NCBI GenBank assembly: GCA_031411295.1
Contig: JANOAV010000157.1
Coordinates: 1 to 64,000, forward strand
Origin: Verrucomicrobiales bacterium
GTDB lineage: Bacteria > Verrucomicrobiota > Verrucomicrobiia > Verrucomicrobiales > V1-33
DNA length: 64,000 bases
Direction of reading: 5' to 3'
Shown: in pieces, positions 18,801-27,631 of the stretch
Position numbering within the stretch: the first letter of the stretch is position 1
Layout: every line of letters starts with the position of its first letter
Made by a program: the position numbers and the translations under genes
Notes under the pieces: model-generated
The model's input: only the letters and a program-made list of their open reading frames with translations
What the model was told of the DNA's origin: nothing
Database searches by the model: none

Positions 18801-20115
18801 CAGGAGCCGTATTCAGCACGGGCCGCGTGGCCAGGGTGCCAGTGGTGGTATATAAGCAGGGCGGATTGTAGAGTTGGATGTCGGCGTGATCCACCGCCGC
18901 ATTGCCTGCCAGACCTCCCCCGCCGGACATCGCCCGCCCATCAGCCAAGAGGAGCGCCACCGAGTGATAGTTCCGCGGCACGCTCATATCCGCAACCTTA
19001 CGCCATTGATTCGTGCGGGGATTCCAAATTTCCGGCCCCAGAACTGAGCCTACATCGCTGAACTTCTGACCCGAGGTGTTGCCACCCATCACCAGAACTT
19101 CTCCGTTCGGGAGCGTGACCGCATTGGAGAAACGACGCACTGACAACATGGAGGCCACCTTCGTGACCGTGGGAGGATTCGTATTGAGATCTACCGTGTA
19201 GGATTGATTCGTGGGCGTCTCCGTGGTGCCATTGATAACGCCTCCGGCAAAAAGGATTTTACCCACATCATACATCGCGACGGCGGCATCCTTGGGATAC
19301 CAACTCCCCGGCACGGTTAGTCCCGCCGTTGTCAGCGTCCCATTGCCCGTGGGGTCGATCCAATTCATCTGCGGCGTGGGGCCGGCATGGAAAAGTTTCC
19401 CGTTCGGAGCTTGGAAGACAAATGGGGTCCAGTTGGATTCGAAGGAACCCTGGAGCGCGATCGGCGTCCAATCGATTCCGGTCAACTTGATCCACGAGGA
19501 GCCATTGAAACGCTCCGCGCTGCTCGGTCCACCACTGCCACTCACCGTGAAAACTTCGCCATTAGGAAGCGCGACCGGGGTGGTATACCAGCGCGGATCA
19601 TTCATGTTCGCCACGCGGGCCCAACTGTTGGTTTGCCAATTGAAAGTGCTGGAGGATTGAATCGTGGCGCGCCCCCCCATCACTTGAAGTTTGCCGTCTG
19701 GGCGCAGGACCGTCCCCCCGCAGAACATATCGTGTTGATTCCAATTAACCTCGGTTATGCTCCCAGTGTCAGGATTATAAACGGCGGCGTAAGTGAACTC
19801 CGGTCCAGTCGGGAAAGAAGTCCGCTGATTCGAAGCAAACGTTAGGACTCGTCCATCCGGTAAATTTGCCGTCGTGACCGGCACGTGGGGCAACGAGATC
19901 GGACTAGTCCACCCTCCCAAAGCCTGACATTCCGCAGGGTCCACGGGAGCCGGCACTCCTTGAAACGCAGGCAACAAGGCTGCGGCTTGGGCGTAGAATG
20001 AGTCACTCGCTTGATGCGCGTCATCCGCAGGCAGATTCGCAACACTAATAGCTAGCATCAGCGCTTCAAGGAGGAGCGAATGACGAGGGCGATTTGAATG
20101 AGTGCGATTTTCCAT
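12820..20115 (-). CDS. Giant secreted protein: galactose oxidase-like kelch domain + DUF1929, F5/8 (fucolectin-like) domain, He_PIG Ig repeats, four PA14 domains, PKD, YVTN-type beta-propeller, di-haem cytochrome c peroxidase-like domain
   Basis: HDMFC, RWY, RNYHS and TTHS copper-radical-oxidase motifs; NPYWEVDLG; SDDG/SDNG PA14 motifs; WNFGDG (PKD); two CASCH; RNT..L, HW.G, FDTPTLR, TAPYFHDGS. Confidence 0.9.
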   Translation of the reverse strand: MENRTHSNRPRHSLLLEALMLAISVANLPADDAHQASDSFYAQAAALLPAFQGVPAPVDPAECQALGGWTSPISLPHVPVTTANLPDGRVLTFASNQRTSFPTGPEFTYAAVYNPDTGSITEVNWNQHDMFCGGTVLRPDGKLQVMGGRATIQSSSTFNWQTNSWARVANMNDPRWYTTPVALPNGEVFTVSGSGGPSSAERFNGSSWIKLTGIDWTPIALQGSFESNWTPFVFQAPNGKLFHAGPTPQMNWIDPTGNGTLTTAGLTVPGSWYPKDAAVAMYDVGKILFAGGVINGTTETPTNQSYTVDLNTNPPTVTKVASMLSVRRFSNAVTLPNGEVLVMGGNTSGQKFSDVGSVLGPEIWNPRTNQWRKVADMSVPRNYHSVALLLADGRAMSGGGGLAGNAAVDHADIQLYNPPCLYTTTGTLATRPVLNTAPAAIGLTGRFTVQGTAGLKKFAFIRMTSTTHSMTTDQRYISLPYTEISSGVYELSPYANRNIMTPGYWMLFGLDAQGVHSKAKIIKVDEAATVAIAGTNLSLNKSTSQSSTANAGSTADKAVNGSREGNFTVASGTATNPEANPYWEVDLGANYPVHAVRIFNRTDDGGKNLIDFTVYVSSFPFALTNTDMRGYRHINMAGVEADINIYRAARYVRVQLNGTGTLQLAEIEVMGTNVPVGGTFLESPGNQLHERGTPLSLTLNAVGPSSLTFNAQNLPPGLVLNSSTGAITGTPTTQGSFSPSVTVTATNGDTSSASFTWRIYPPAERPGVTYDYYEGVWTTLPAFNTLTPIASGETDRCNLAPKLRPDNFAMFFKGCFRVATAGTWTFSTNSDDGSQIWIDGQLVVDHNGVHTVAEKSGSVALTQGIHNITVAYFQSIGSSTLEVSYAGPGVTKQIMNDAALFQPRPGVHYDFYQGNWGALPNFATLTPVKSGDVDNFTLAPRTANDLYAFRFTGKIRVPTAGTYTFFTTSDDGSQLKIDGVLVVNNDGLHGAQEVGGTRVLTAGEHAIEVTFFEQGGDETLIVSYSGPGITKQVIPTGVLSTHGLPGLPPTVNAITNQSSIVGNSVNLAVVASDGNGDALSYTATNLPPGLTLGLSNGIIAGSPTTAGTYATTITVNDGTGLSASASFTWTVVTGMTLPPLTAAPKAVNTSISYSLLSSGGVNPRFKWNFGDGTAETAYSATRTIAKTFTAPGRFQVTITATDDTGLVLTTSFYQAVAGVLTAGKPTQDAPLAYEVRATGGDRVWVVNPDQDTVTAYNANTNSKVVELAVGDQPVSLAFAPNGLLWVINKKSASISQINVGTLTVAGAINLTRASQPHGLAFSPTSDAAYVTQEALGQLLKLNVTTAASLGSVSVGADARHLSVNADGSKVYVSRFITPFQPGEATGTVTTTLGTHGAEVVVVNSATLAKTKTILLQHSEKPDAENGGRGIPNYLGAAVISPDGTTAWVPSKQDNFKRGQLRDGQQLTHDSTLRAITSRLAMGSETEDYAARIDIDNAGVPSMAVYDASGCYLFVALEASREVAVLDAHNKNFLFKFNVGRAPQGLMLSPDSTRLYVHNFMDRSVTVHDVSSILNGGNPLASAVTTLSTWNTVSAEILSAQILQGKQFFYDAADPRLALQGYISCASCHNDGGHDGRVWDFTGMGEGLRNTSDLRSKAGTTGQGPAHWTGNFDEIQDFEKQIRDLARGTGLMTNAQFNTGTRNQPLGDPKAGVSAELDALAAYVTSLASEPASPFRNADGSLTAAAVAGKEVFRTANCASCHSGNGFTDSALNGLRNIGTIKPSSGKRLGATLTGFDTPTLRGIWATAPYFHDGSAATLTAAVTGHTGVNLSSTDLTNLTAYLQQIDASEPTAPTSAAPTTGLQGEYYQGPNPGLAAPILTRVDPKIDFDWSGSAPAANIPSLNYSARWTGFIIAPYTETYTIYAPSDDGVRIWINNVLVLDKWPNPGGWPSFTIPLTGGQRVPIKVEYFQTNGGAAISLYWFSASQGWEAISKFVPPDFTNRAPTITSPGAQTTQRATATSLQMIAADQDGDALTYSATGLPLGLSLNAQTGAITGTISTSAAASNTTTVTVKDPGNLSASTTFTWNTTAPPSNRPPTISNPGSQTFVRSTIATLGLVANDPDGQTLSWSATGLPTGLSINSSTGLISGTVSATAAASGTSTVTVTDPGNLTASAAFTYTTVAASLTGLKAEYYDGLTPGAGPPLLTRTDATIDFDWGNGSPAPGIPVDYFSVRWTGTITPLYTETYNFSLPSDNGVRMWINNQLVLDKWSPSDVHGWYNFTVPLTAGVAAPFKVEYFELYGGAGLSLYWYSLSQGWEIVSTNRFAPAASVLSGSTEHAAAMVAGTQGIQRLAGDNYYFTFKRPSASAGELLLMVEQSDDLKNWQASNVPAVVSQLQSGVDKIYLKLPTPAGGGGTVRKSYYRVRFLNSSR

Positions 20116-20353
20116 AATCCAAAATTATAATTTCCATTAAATAAACTGCAAACTATAAATTTCCGGCACCCAAATGTGCGAACTCATATCTTTATTGAGA
20201 ATTTACGCATCCACGCGGCAGAAATCGGTGAAATTGCCGTTCAGCCTGCATGAATTTTCGTAACTCGTTGAAATTGTGCTTCCGATTTCGGCGGCTCTCG
20301 TGGTATTCTGACTCTAATCTCGAATTTCCCCAAATCCCTGCCCTAGTTTTTTT

Positions 20354-23300
20354 ATGCATTTCCGTCCCACTGCTCTCCTGCCGCTAACGGTTAACTCACC
20401 TGCCCCCCTGCGAATAGTGCTTGGGGCGGTTTTGGGGTTGCTCGCTCCGCACCTGCGCGCTGATAATTCCACTGAGACCTTCTTCGGTCTTGATCTGAAT
20501 AAGAATCACCTCAGCGAATTCTTCGAGCAACAGTATCCCACCGCGACTGATCCTCATGCGGACACCGATGGTGATGGTCAGGATAACCTCGCAGAAAGTG
20601 CTGCGGGCACCAATCCCACGGATTCCCGCAGTCGATTGGACTTCAGCAGCATTTCCGCGAATGCGACCACGGTCACTGCCAGCTATCCCACCGTGCGAGG
20701 GAAACGTTATCAAATGCAGATGTCCACCTCGCTGGCCAGTGGCTGGGCAAACGAAGGCACACCGGTCGTGGGCGCAGGCACTCCCATTACGGATTCCTGC
20801 CCCACGAATGGCAGCCGAGTGTTCCTCCGTTTACAAGTGACCGATACCGACAGCGACAACGATGGGGTTTCCGACTGGGAGGAATACCAAGCCGGCACCA
20901 ATCCGCTGGACAATGACACTGAGGGCAATGGCGTTAGTGATTACGACCTGTTGAGCCGGAAATTAAATTTGGCCTCGACGGTGGAGGTGGTCGCGCAGGA
21001 TGCTTCCGGATCCGAAGGTGGCGATCCCATTTCGTATAAAATTATTCGGCGGGGAAATCTGAACCCCATAGTAGTCAACCTAACATGGGACGGCACGGCC
21101 ACCAATGGCACGGATTACAGCACGCCACCCACCTCCGTTTCACTGCCGTTTGGCGCTACTTCCACCGTGGTGAACATCACGCCATTGAGCGATGTCTTGG
21201 TGGAGTCCCCCAATGAAACGGTAGTTCTAACATTGGCTGCGGGCGCTGGCTACAGCCTGGGAAATCTCACGTCTGCCACGGGCACGATTTATCCCGTGGG
21301 TCTAACGGCTAAAATTTACGATAACTCAAGTGCGACTTATAACGCCAGTTCGCCCCCTCCCGCTGCTGGGCCGTATGCCAACGGAGCCATTAACTTCCTG
21401 CCCGCCGATTTGAAAGAAACGCGCATTGACGCCAACATCAATTTCAACAGCACCACCGCTGGTAACCTCTGGTTCACAGGTGCCAAGCCCAGCACGTTTC
21501 TGGTGGATGCGGACTACCATTCCATCGTGTGGACTGGCTCGGTGCGCCCGCTCTATAACGAGACTTACACGTTCTTCTCAACCGCCAATGCGGGCTCCCG
21601 ACTGTGGGTCAATGGGGTTAAACTGCTAGCCGATACTGCCTGGGCTTCCAGCTCTGAGGTTAGCGGCACCATTGCGCTGCAAGCGGGGAAATCCTACGAT
21701 CTCATGCTGGAATGGCACGATGAACTGAACACTTCCATCGCAGAACTCCGCTGGAGCAGTGCCTCTCAGGCCAAGGAACTCATCCCTTCTACTAGATTCT
21801 TCACCGGCCCGTCGGCGGTTCCCTCGGTAACCTCCTTACCCTTTGCAGTGGCGTTTATCGGCGGGCCATTCAATTATCAAATTGCGGCCACCAATACGCC
21901 GACATCGTTTGCCGTGGGCGGCCTGCCGAACGGCCTCACTGTAAGTGGATCCGGCCTCATTAGCGGCATTCCTACTGGTTCCGCCGGACTCTATTTCGTA
22001 AATCTCACCGCCACCAATGGTGCCGGCACTGGTTCGCTTCCGTTATCCCTGCTTATTATTCAAGCCGGCGGAGGCCTCACACGCGACGTCTGGACCGGTC
22101 AGACCACGGCCAGCGTAGTTGATCTTCCTTTGGCCACCACCCCAGCCACGACGAGCACGACGACGGATTTCTCCGCTCCCACCAATGATGGCGATAATTT
22201 TGGCGAACGACTCAGCGGCTATCTCACAGCTCCGACGAATGGCACTTACACGTTCTTCCTCACCACCGAAGATGAGAACGCAGAACTCTGGCTCAGTGGC
22301 GATGATGATCCTTCCCGGCTGTTGAAACGCAGTTTCCTCACCAACACGACGGCTGCCGGAAGTTACACTGCGGCCAGTTCACAAAAATCCCTGGGCATCA
22401 AGCTCCAGGCTGGCAAACGTTACTACGTGGAGAGCCGCCGCAAAGAAACGACGGGGAATGATCAATGCAAGATCGGATGGTCCAAGCCCGGTGAATCTAT
22501 TACCGCCCCGACGGAAACGATCCCCGGCTACGTGCTAACACCAGCCAGCGTGGGGGTGCCCCAGGGCGGCAAAGGCACCCTGTATGTCGCCACCCTGACA
22601 CCGCAATCCGGAGCCACCACCTTTGGCAATGGCACCGCGGTATTGCTGGTTAATGAAGCGCAGACTCAAGCCACGATGAGTTACACATACAGCGGACTAA
22701 CGGGTCCCATCACGAATCAGCACATCCACGATGGCGCATCGCTGCCCGGCCCCGTGGGCGCCATTCTATACGACGTCGATACCAACACCCCCGACAGTTA
22801 TGGCGTTTACACTTGGGACTTCATTCAGACGGGAAATCACACGGTGTCCGCCATTCAGAATGCGGTGGTTAGCGGCACTCTGTATTTGAATCTTCACACC
22901 GCTGCTTATCCTGCTGGAGAGATCAAGGGCTTCTTCCAAAAAGCCTCGGGCGTGCGGACGTTCGTGCCGCCAGCTCCACCAGCGGCGGAAACGCTACCCA
23001 CGCTCAATGACGATCAAGCCGTGCGCTTCCTCACGCAGGCCACCATGGGAGCCAAACGTGATACGGATGGCGTCTCGCCCTGGGACAAGGACAGCATCGA
23101 GAATGTCAAGGCGCTCGGCTTCAGTGCTTGGATCGATGAACAACTGAATTTACCCGCAGGAAATGATCCGGAGGTGACCGTCACCCAGGTGATCCCGAAT
23201 CCCGATCCGCCGACTGCCTCCAGCCTGACGGATCCGCTCTACAATTACACGCCGTTTCGCACCGTGATGAACGGCAACGGGCCGATGGCTACTTTTGTGA

Positions 23301-25162
23301 AAGATTACTATGCTAAATTCCCCCGCGTGGGCACCGGCACGGGCAACTTGGACCAAGGCTCTGCCGAGCTTTATCGTGGCTGGTGGAAATTTGCCGTGAC
23401 CAATCCTGATCAACTCCGCCAACGGATCGGCTTTGCACTGACGCAAATTTTGGTTGTCTCCGAGCAGGGCGTCTTCGACGAAAACGCCCGCGCCATGGCG
23501 CAGTATTACGACGTGATCAACTACTACGCCTTCACCAACTTCCGCACTATCCTGGAAAAACTAACCTTGAATGTGCCGATGGGTCGTTATCTGGACATGT
23601 TCCGCAACAAGAAGGCCAGCACCACTAGCGTCCCGAACGAAAACTATGCGCGGGAAATCATGCAGTTGTTCTCCATTGGGCTGAATCGCATTCACCCGGA
23701 CGGCACGCTGGTCTTAAATGCCCAAGGTTTCCCTGTTCCCACCTACGCCCAGGAACAAGTGGTCGGTCTGGCGCATGTCTTTACCGGTTGGTCCTACAAT
23801 GGTGATACCACCAGCTTCGGCGGCAGCACCATCAACTACATGTTGCCCATGACGGCATTCCCCACGCAGCACTCGCCCTTGGAGAAGAACCTGCTGGATA
23901 ACACCGTCATCCCAGCGCTAGCAGTGCCCACCACGCAGAGCACTACGGATGAGCTGCAGCAATCCATCGATCTTATTTTCCATCACCCGAACGTGGGGCC
24001 ATTTATCAGCCGCCAATTGATCCAACGCCTCGTTACCGCCAATCCCAGCCCGGGCTACATTTATCGCGTCTCGCAGATTTTTGCGGACAATGGCAGCGGT
24101 GTGCGGGGCGACATGAAGGCCGTGATCAAATCCGTCCTCATCGATCCAGAAGCGCGTTACACATCCTTTGCGGCTCAGCCGGAGTTCGGGCACTTGAAAG
24201 AACCGGTGTTGCGCCTAACGCAAGTGCTGCGGGCGCTGCGCGGCTATTCCAACAGCGCCCTGTATAACACCCCCAATCAACTGCCCCACGCTCAAGTGGC
24301 CACGCAGAGCGATATCACAGCCTTGTCCTCATTAACCCAACCGGATGTGAACGGGTTCGTCATCATTGATGGTGTCCGGCTTTACCCTGGGATGAGAGTT
24401 CTAGTGTGGAAGCAAACGATCAATCCACAGGAGAATGGCCTCTATGATTACACCGGTCCAGGAGTTCCTTTGAGCCGCAGTGCCAGCGCAGATTCTGCCG
24501 CCGAGCTAACGAACGCCTACGTCCGCGTGTCTTATGGCACCAGCACTACCAAGACTTTCCGCCAAACCGCCACCATCACAACGCTGGGCACCGATGCCGT
24601 TACCTGGGTGGACAACTCTGGAGCAAACAACTTGGTGAATCAATGGAACGTTGGCGAAACCGGCAGCGGCAGCCTCTTTCAAACCCCGCTCAAAGCACCC
24701 ACCGTATTTAATTTCTACGAACCCGACTACCGATTCCCCGGTGCCACGGGCAACGCGAAACTCTACGGTCCCGAGTTCCAGATCCTGTCTGAAACCAGCG
24801 TGGTCAACACCACCAATCTTTACTACAATCTAACGCACACCAATTACAATGACCTCCGCATGGAATTCACCACGCGTCCCAACAGTGCGCTCCAACTGCC
24901 CTACCCATGGCCGGTTGCCTTGGCAGGAACGTATACCAATGACCTGGACAACCCGGAAATTGCCATCGCAGGCAGCACCTCCGCGCTGATCGATCGGTTG
25001 AACACCTTGATGCTAGGCGGACGCATGAGCACCACGCTGCGCGGACATTTAACGAACTATCTCAACACCATGGCCTCCGCCACCACGGCCAACAAGAAGG
25101 CCCGGGTGCAGGACGCGGTCTATCTCATCATGCTCAGCCACGAATACAGTGTCCAGAAGTAG
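20354..25162 (+). CDS. DUF1800 family protein with N-terminal Calx-beta, PA14, He_PIG, PA14 and CHRD domains
   Basis: AVRFLTQATMG, WIDEQL, DQLRQRI.FAL.QILVVS, PNENYAREIMQLFSIG, HPNVGPF, KEPVLR, APTVFNFY.P. CHRD motifs HIH...YLNLHT..YP.GEI.G. Confidence 0.92.
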   Translation: MHFRPTALLPLTVNSPAPLRIVLGAVLGLLAPHLRADNSTETFFGLDLNKNHLSEFFEQQYPTATDPHADTDGDGQDNLAESAAGTNPTDSRSRLDFSSISANATTVTASYPTVRGKRYQMQMSTSLASGWANEGTPVVGAGTPITDSCPTNGSRVFLRLQVTDTDSDNDGVSDWEEYQAGTNPLDNDTEGNGVSDYDLLSRKLNLASTVEVVAQDASGSEGGDPISYKIIRRGNLNPIVVNLTWDGTATNGTDYSTPPTSVSLPFGATSTVVNITPLSDVLVESPNETVVLTLAAGAGYSLGNLTSATGTIYPVGLTAKIYDNSSATYNASSPPPAAGPYANGAINFLPADLKETRIDANINFNSTTAGNLWFTGAKPSTFLVDADYHSIVWTGSVRPLYNETYTFFSTANAGSRLWVNGVKLLADTAWASSSEVSGTIALQAGKSYDLMLEWHDELNTSIAELRWSSASQAKELIPSTRFFTGPSAVPSVTSLPFAVAFIGGPFNYQIAATNTPTSFAVGGLPNGLTVSGSGLISGIPTGSAGLYFVNLTATNGAGTGSLPLSLLIIQAGGGLTRDVWTGQTTASVVDLPLATTPATTSTTTDFSAPTNDGDNFGERLSGYLTAPTNGTYTFFLTTEDENAELWLSGDDDPSRLLKRSFLTNTTAAGSYTAASSQKSLGIKLQAGKRYYVESRRKETTGNDQCKIGWSKPGESITAPTETIPGYVLTPASVGVPQGGKGTLYVATLTPQSGATTFGNGTAVLLVNEAQTQATMSYTYSGLTGPITNQHIHDGASLPGPVGAILYDVDTNTPDSYGVYTWDFIQTGNHTVSAIQNAVVSGTLYLNLHTAAYPAGEIKGFFQKASGVRTFVPPAPPAAETLPTLNDDQAVRFLTQATMGAKRDTDGVSPWDKDSIENVKALGFSAWIDEQLNLPAGNDPEVTVTQVIPNPDPPTASSLTDPLYNYTPFRTVMNGNGPMATFVKDYYAKFPRVGTGTGNLDQGSAELYRGWWKFAVTNPDQLRQRIGFALTQILVVSEQGVFDENARAMAQYYDVINYYAFTNFRTILEKLTLNVPMGRYLDMFRNKKASTTSVPNENYAREIMQLFSIGLNRIHPDGTLVLNAQGFPVPTYAQEQVVGLAHVFTGWSYNGDTTSFGGSTINYMLPMTAFPTQHSPLEKNLLDNTVIPALAVPTTQSTTDELQQSIDLIFHHPNVGPFISRQLIQRLVTANPSPGYIYRVSQIFADNGSGVRGDMKAVIKSVLIDPEARYTSFAAQPEFGHLKEPVLRLTQVLRALRGYSNSALYNTPNQLPHAQVATQSDITALSSLTQPDVNGFVIIDGVRLYPGMRVLVWKQTINPQENGLYDYTGPGVPLSRSASADSAAELTNAYVRVSYGTSTTKTFRQTATITTLGTDAVTWVDNSGANNLVNQWNVGETGSGSLFQTPLKAPTVFNFYEPDYRFPGATGNAKLYGPEFQILSETSVVNTTNLYYNLTHTNYNDLRMEFTTRPNSALQLPYPWPVALAGTYTNDLDNPEIAIAGSTSALIDRLNTLMLGGRMSTTLRGHLTNYLNTMASATTANKKARVQDAVYLIMLSHEYSVQK

Positions 25163-25206
25163 CCCTCCTTACTTTTAAATTTCTTATTCTCTAACTCTCA
25201 TCACCT

Positions 25207-26703
25207 ATGACCTCCGCCGACCTTATCAAACGCCGCAACTTCCTTCGTCGCGCCTGTGGCTTTACCCTCGGAGCCACTGGCTTCAGCGCTCTGCACGATC
25301 TGCGCCTGATCCAAAGCGCCCTGGCCCAGCAGGCCGGAAATACCACCTTCCCTGACTACAAGGCGTTGATCTGCCTTTTCCTAGCCGGGGGCAATGATTC
25401 CAACAACCTGCTCATTCCCAACAGCGCCAGCGAATACGCCACTTACGCCACTTCACGGGATGTTATTGCCCTCAGCAACACGCCCGGCGGCATCAACAGT
25501 AACTCCATTCTGCCACTCAGCACCGCCAATACCGCTGGTCGTAATTTCGGCATCCATGCGAACTGCCCGGAACTGCAGACGCTCTTTAATGCTGGGAAAT
25601 TGGGTTTCGTGGCCAATACCGGAACGTTGGTGGAACCACTCACCAAGACCACCTACAGCAACAAAACCGGGCGTCGTCCCCCGCAGTTGGAATCCCATAA
25701 CGACCAAGTCGTGCAATGGATGACCAGCATTCCAGATCAAATTTCCCCGACCGGATGGGCCGGACGAGCCGCAGATTTGCTGCGCGCTAATGTCGGGACC
25801 TCTCCGGTGTCGATGTCCATTTCTGCGAATGGATTCAACACTTGGGAAGTTGGGAAATTTGTCAATCAATACCAAGTGCCCAGTGCCGCCTTGGGACCCG
25901 CCAGCAGCGTTTCCACCCTGACAGGCTACACCTCAGGTTCCGCCCGGGCCACTGCGATTCGGAACATCCTAACATCCGGAAAAACCAGCGCCAGTCTCAA
26001 TGAGCAGGACTACGCTCAGGTCTTCAACACGGCCTTGGATGCCGCTGATCTTTTAAACACCGCCCTTGGCGGCATTAGCGCGCCGGATAACACCGCCATC
26101 CAAGCCGCCTTCGATGGAGACACCACCAACCCCGGCCCCCTCCGCAGCCCGAACGGCAGCCCAGACTTCAGCGAAGCCCGATCCCTGGCTGGGCAAATGA
26201 AAATGATCGCCAAGATCATCGCCTCCAGAAATACCATCGGCATCAAACGCCAAATCTTTTTCTGCCAGATCGGCGGCTGGGATACCCACACCGATCAATT
26301 TAACGGGCACAACAAAATCCTCCGCGCCATCAGCCGCAACATCAACGCACTGCAAACATCCATGGAAGCCATGGGCATTGCTGACAAGGTGACACTCTTT
26401 ACCGCCAGCGATTTCGGCCGCACCTATAAAACCAACGGAGCAGGCTCGGATCACGGCTGGGGCACGCACACCATCGTTTCCGGCGGGGCCGTGCAGGGCG
26501 GTAAAATTTACGGCACCTTCCCCACCGTAGTCCCCGGCGGCCCGGACGACTACGGCAGCAACGGCCGCTGGATCCCCACTACCGCCGTGGACGAATACGC
26601 CGCCACCCTGGCAAGATGGTTCGGAGTGACGGAGGCCAACCTGGATGTGATTCTGCCTAACTTGTATCGCTTCAACCATCGGAACCTCGGGTTCCTGGGT
26701 TAA
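25207..26703 (+). CDS. DUF1501 family protein, Tat-exported
   Basis: RRNFL Tat motif, DYKALICLFLAGGNDS.N, SHNDQ, GGWDTH, SDFGRT, GSDHGWG, GRWIPT; canonical DUF1800 partner. Confidence 0.93.
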   Translation: MTSADLIKRRNFLRRACGFTLGATGFSALHDLRLIQSALAQQAGNTTFPDYKALICLFLAGGNDSNNLLIPNSASEYATYATSRDVIALSNTPGGINSNSILPLSTANTAGRNFGIHANCPELQTLFNAGKLGFVANTGTLVEPLTKTTYSNKTGRRPPQLESHNDQVVQWMTSIPDQISPTGWAGRAADLLRANVGTSPVSMSISANGFNTWEVGKFVNQYQVPSAALGPASSVSTLTGYTSGSARATAIRNILTSGKTSASLNEQDYAQVFNTALDAADLLNTALGGISAPDNTAIQAAFDGDTTNPGPLRSPNGSPDFSEARSLAGQMKMIAKIIASRNTIGIKRQIFFCQIGGWDTHTDQFNGHNKILRAISRNINALQTSMEAMGIADKVTLFTASDFGRTYKTNGAGSDHGWGTHTIVSGGAVQGGKIYGTFPTVVPGGPDDYGSNGRWIPTTAVDEYAATLARWFGVTEANLDVILPNLYRFNHRNLGFLG

Positions 26704-26787
26704 TGACGCAAAGTAGCCGTCATCGCTCCGCCGCCCCGAGTCCTTCGTGGGTTAAATCGAGCACCACGTGCCACCCCATTCTGCGGC

Positions 26788-26815
26788 TTGCGATTCCCGC
26801 CATTTCGGCTAAGAT
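26788..26815 (+). promoter_or_regulatory. Putative sigma70 promoter of the TA operon, leaderless geometry
   Basis: TTGCGA-N16-TAAGAT followed 6 nt later by ATG 26822; no Shine-Dalgarno. Confidence 0.6.
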
Positions 26816-26821
26816 ACTCCC

Positions 26822-27058
26822 ATGAGCAGTATCACCACCCAACCCATGCCCAAGAACCTGCGTGAGCAGATGGTCCAGCGTATTAACACCATGTCAGAAC
26901 GGGATGTGGTGGACCTCTATGAGCTTGTGTTACTAAACGAGAAGATTCGCCTCCGGCAGGAGATTTCCGATCAGGCTGACCAGGAAAATGCCAACGGGCT
27001 ATGGACAGACCTTCCCGAACTCATACGCGCATATCGCGCAAAGAAGCAATCGGCATGA
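26822..27058 (+). CDS. Putative antitoxin (small helical protein)
   Basis: 78 aa; stop overlaps the PIN toxin start (ATGA at 27055-27058). Confidence 0.7.
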   Translation: MSSITTQPMPKNLREQMVQRINTMSERDVVDLYELVLLNEKIRLRQEISDQADQENANGLWTDLPELIRAYRAKKQSA

Positions 27059-27477
27059 TCGTCTGTCTGGACACCAACGTTCTCATTCAAGCCCGTGCTC
27101 GCAGCCACCCTTTCGGAGTATTGTTGGACGGTTTTGCTTTTGGACTAATGGATTGGGCAGTGTCCAATCGCGTCTTAACGGAATACTCCGAAATAATCAC
27201 TAACAAAGCAGGAGCAGCGTCTTGGGCCACTATCAGCCGATTTCTTGATGTCGTGGACATCTCGGGCAACCTCATCAAAGTCAGCCCGCACTATCAGTTT
27301 CACGTCATTAGTGATGATCCTGATGACAACGCCTTTACAGATTGTGCCATCGCAGCTCATGCTGATTATGTAATCACAGAGGACCGCCATTTTGCGCCCT
27401 TGGCAAATGCGGGCTGCAAACCCCAGCCCATTACCCCGCAGGAATTCATCGTAAGCTATCAAGGAGTGCACGTTTAG
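27055..27477 (+). CDS. PIN-domain toxin (putative TA toxin, PIN_3-like)
   Basis: CLDTNVL, EY.E, DPDDNAF.DCAIAA.ADYVITEDRHF acidic motifs. Confidence 0.92.
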   Translation: MIVCLDTNVLIQARARSHPFGVLLDGFAFGLMDWAVSNRVLTEYSEIITNKAGAASWATISRFLDVVDISGNLIKVSPHYQFHVISDDPDDNAFTDCAIAAHADYVITEDRHFAPLANAGCKPQPITPQEFIVSYQGVHV

Positions 27478-27631
27478 GCTCTACCTCCCTCGGGCGTTGC
27501 CGAAGTCGCGCCAGGCAACCAAAAAATGATGATGGGTCGTTGTGGTGTTCCTCTGCATCCGCTGCATGAGGTTGATGCTTTCCGCTCTTGCGGAATTGCT
27601 AAAGGCGTCTGAAATCGCCAGCATTGGCTTC

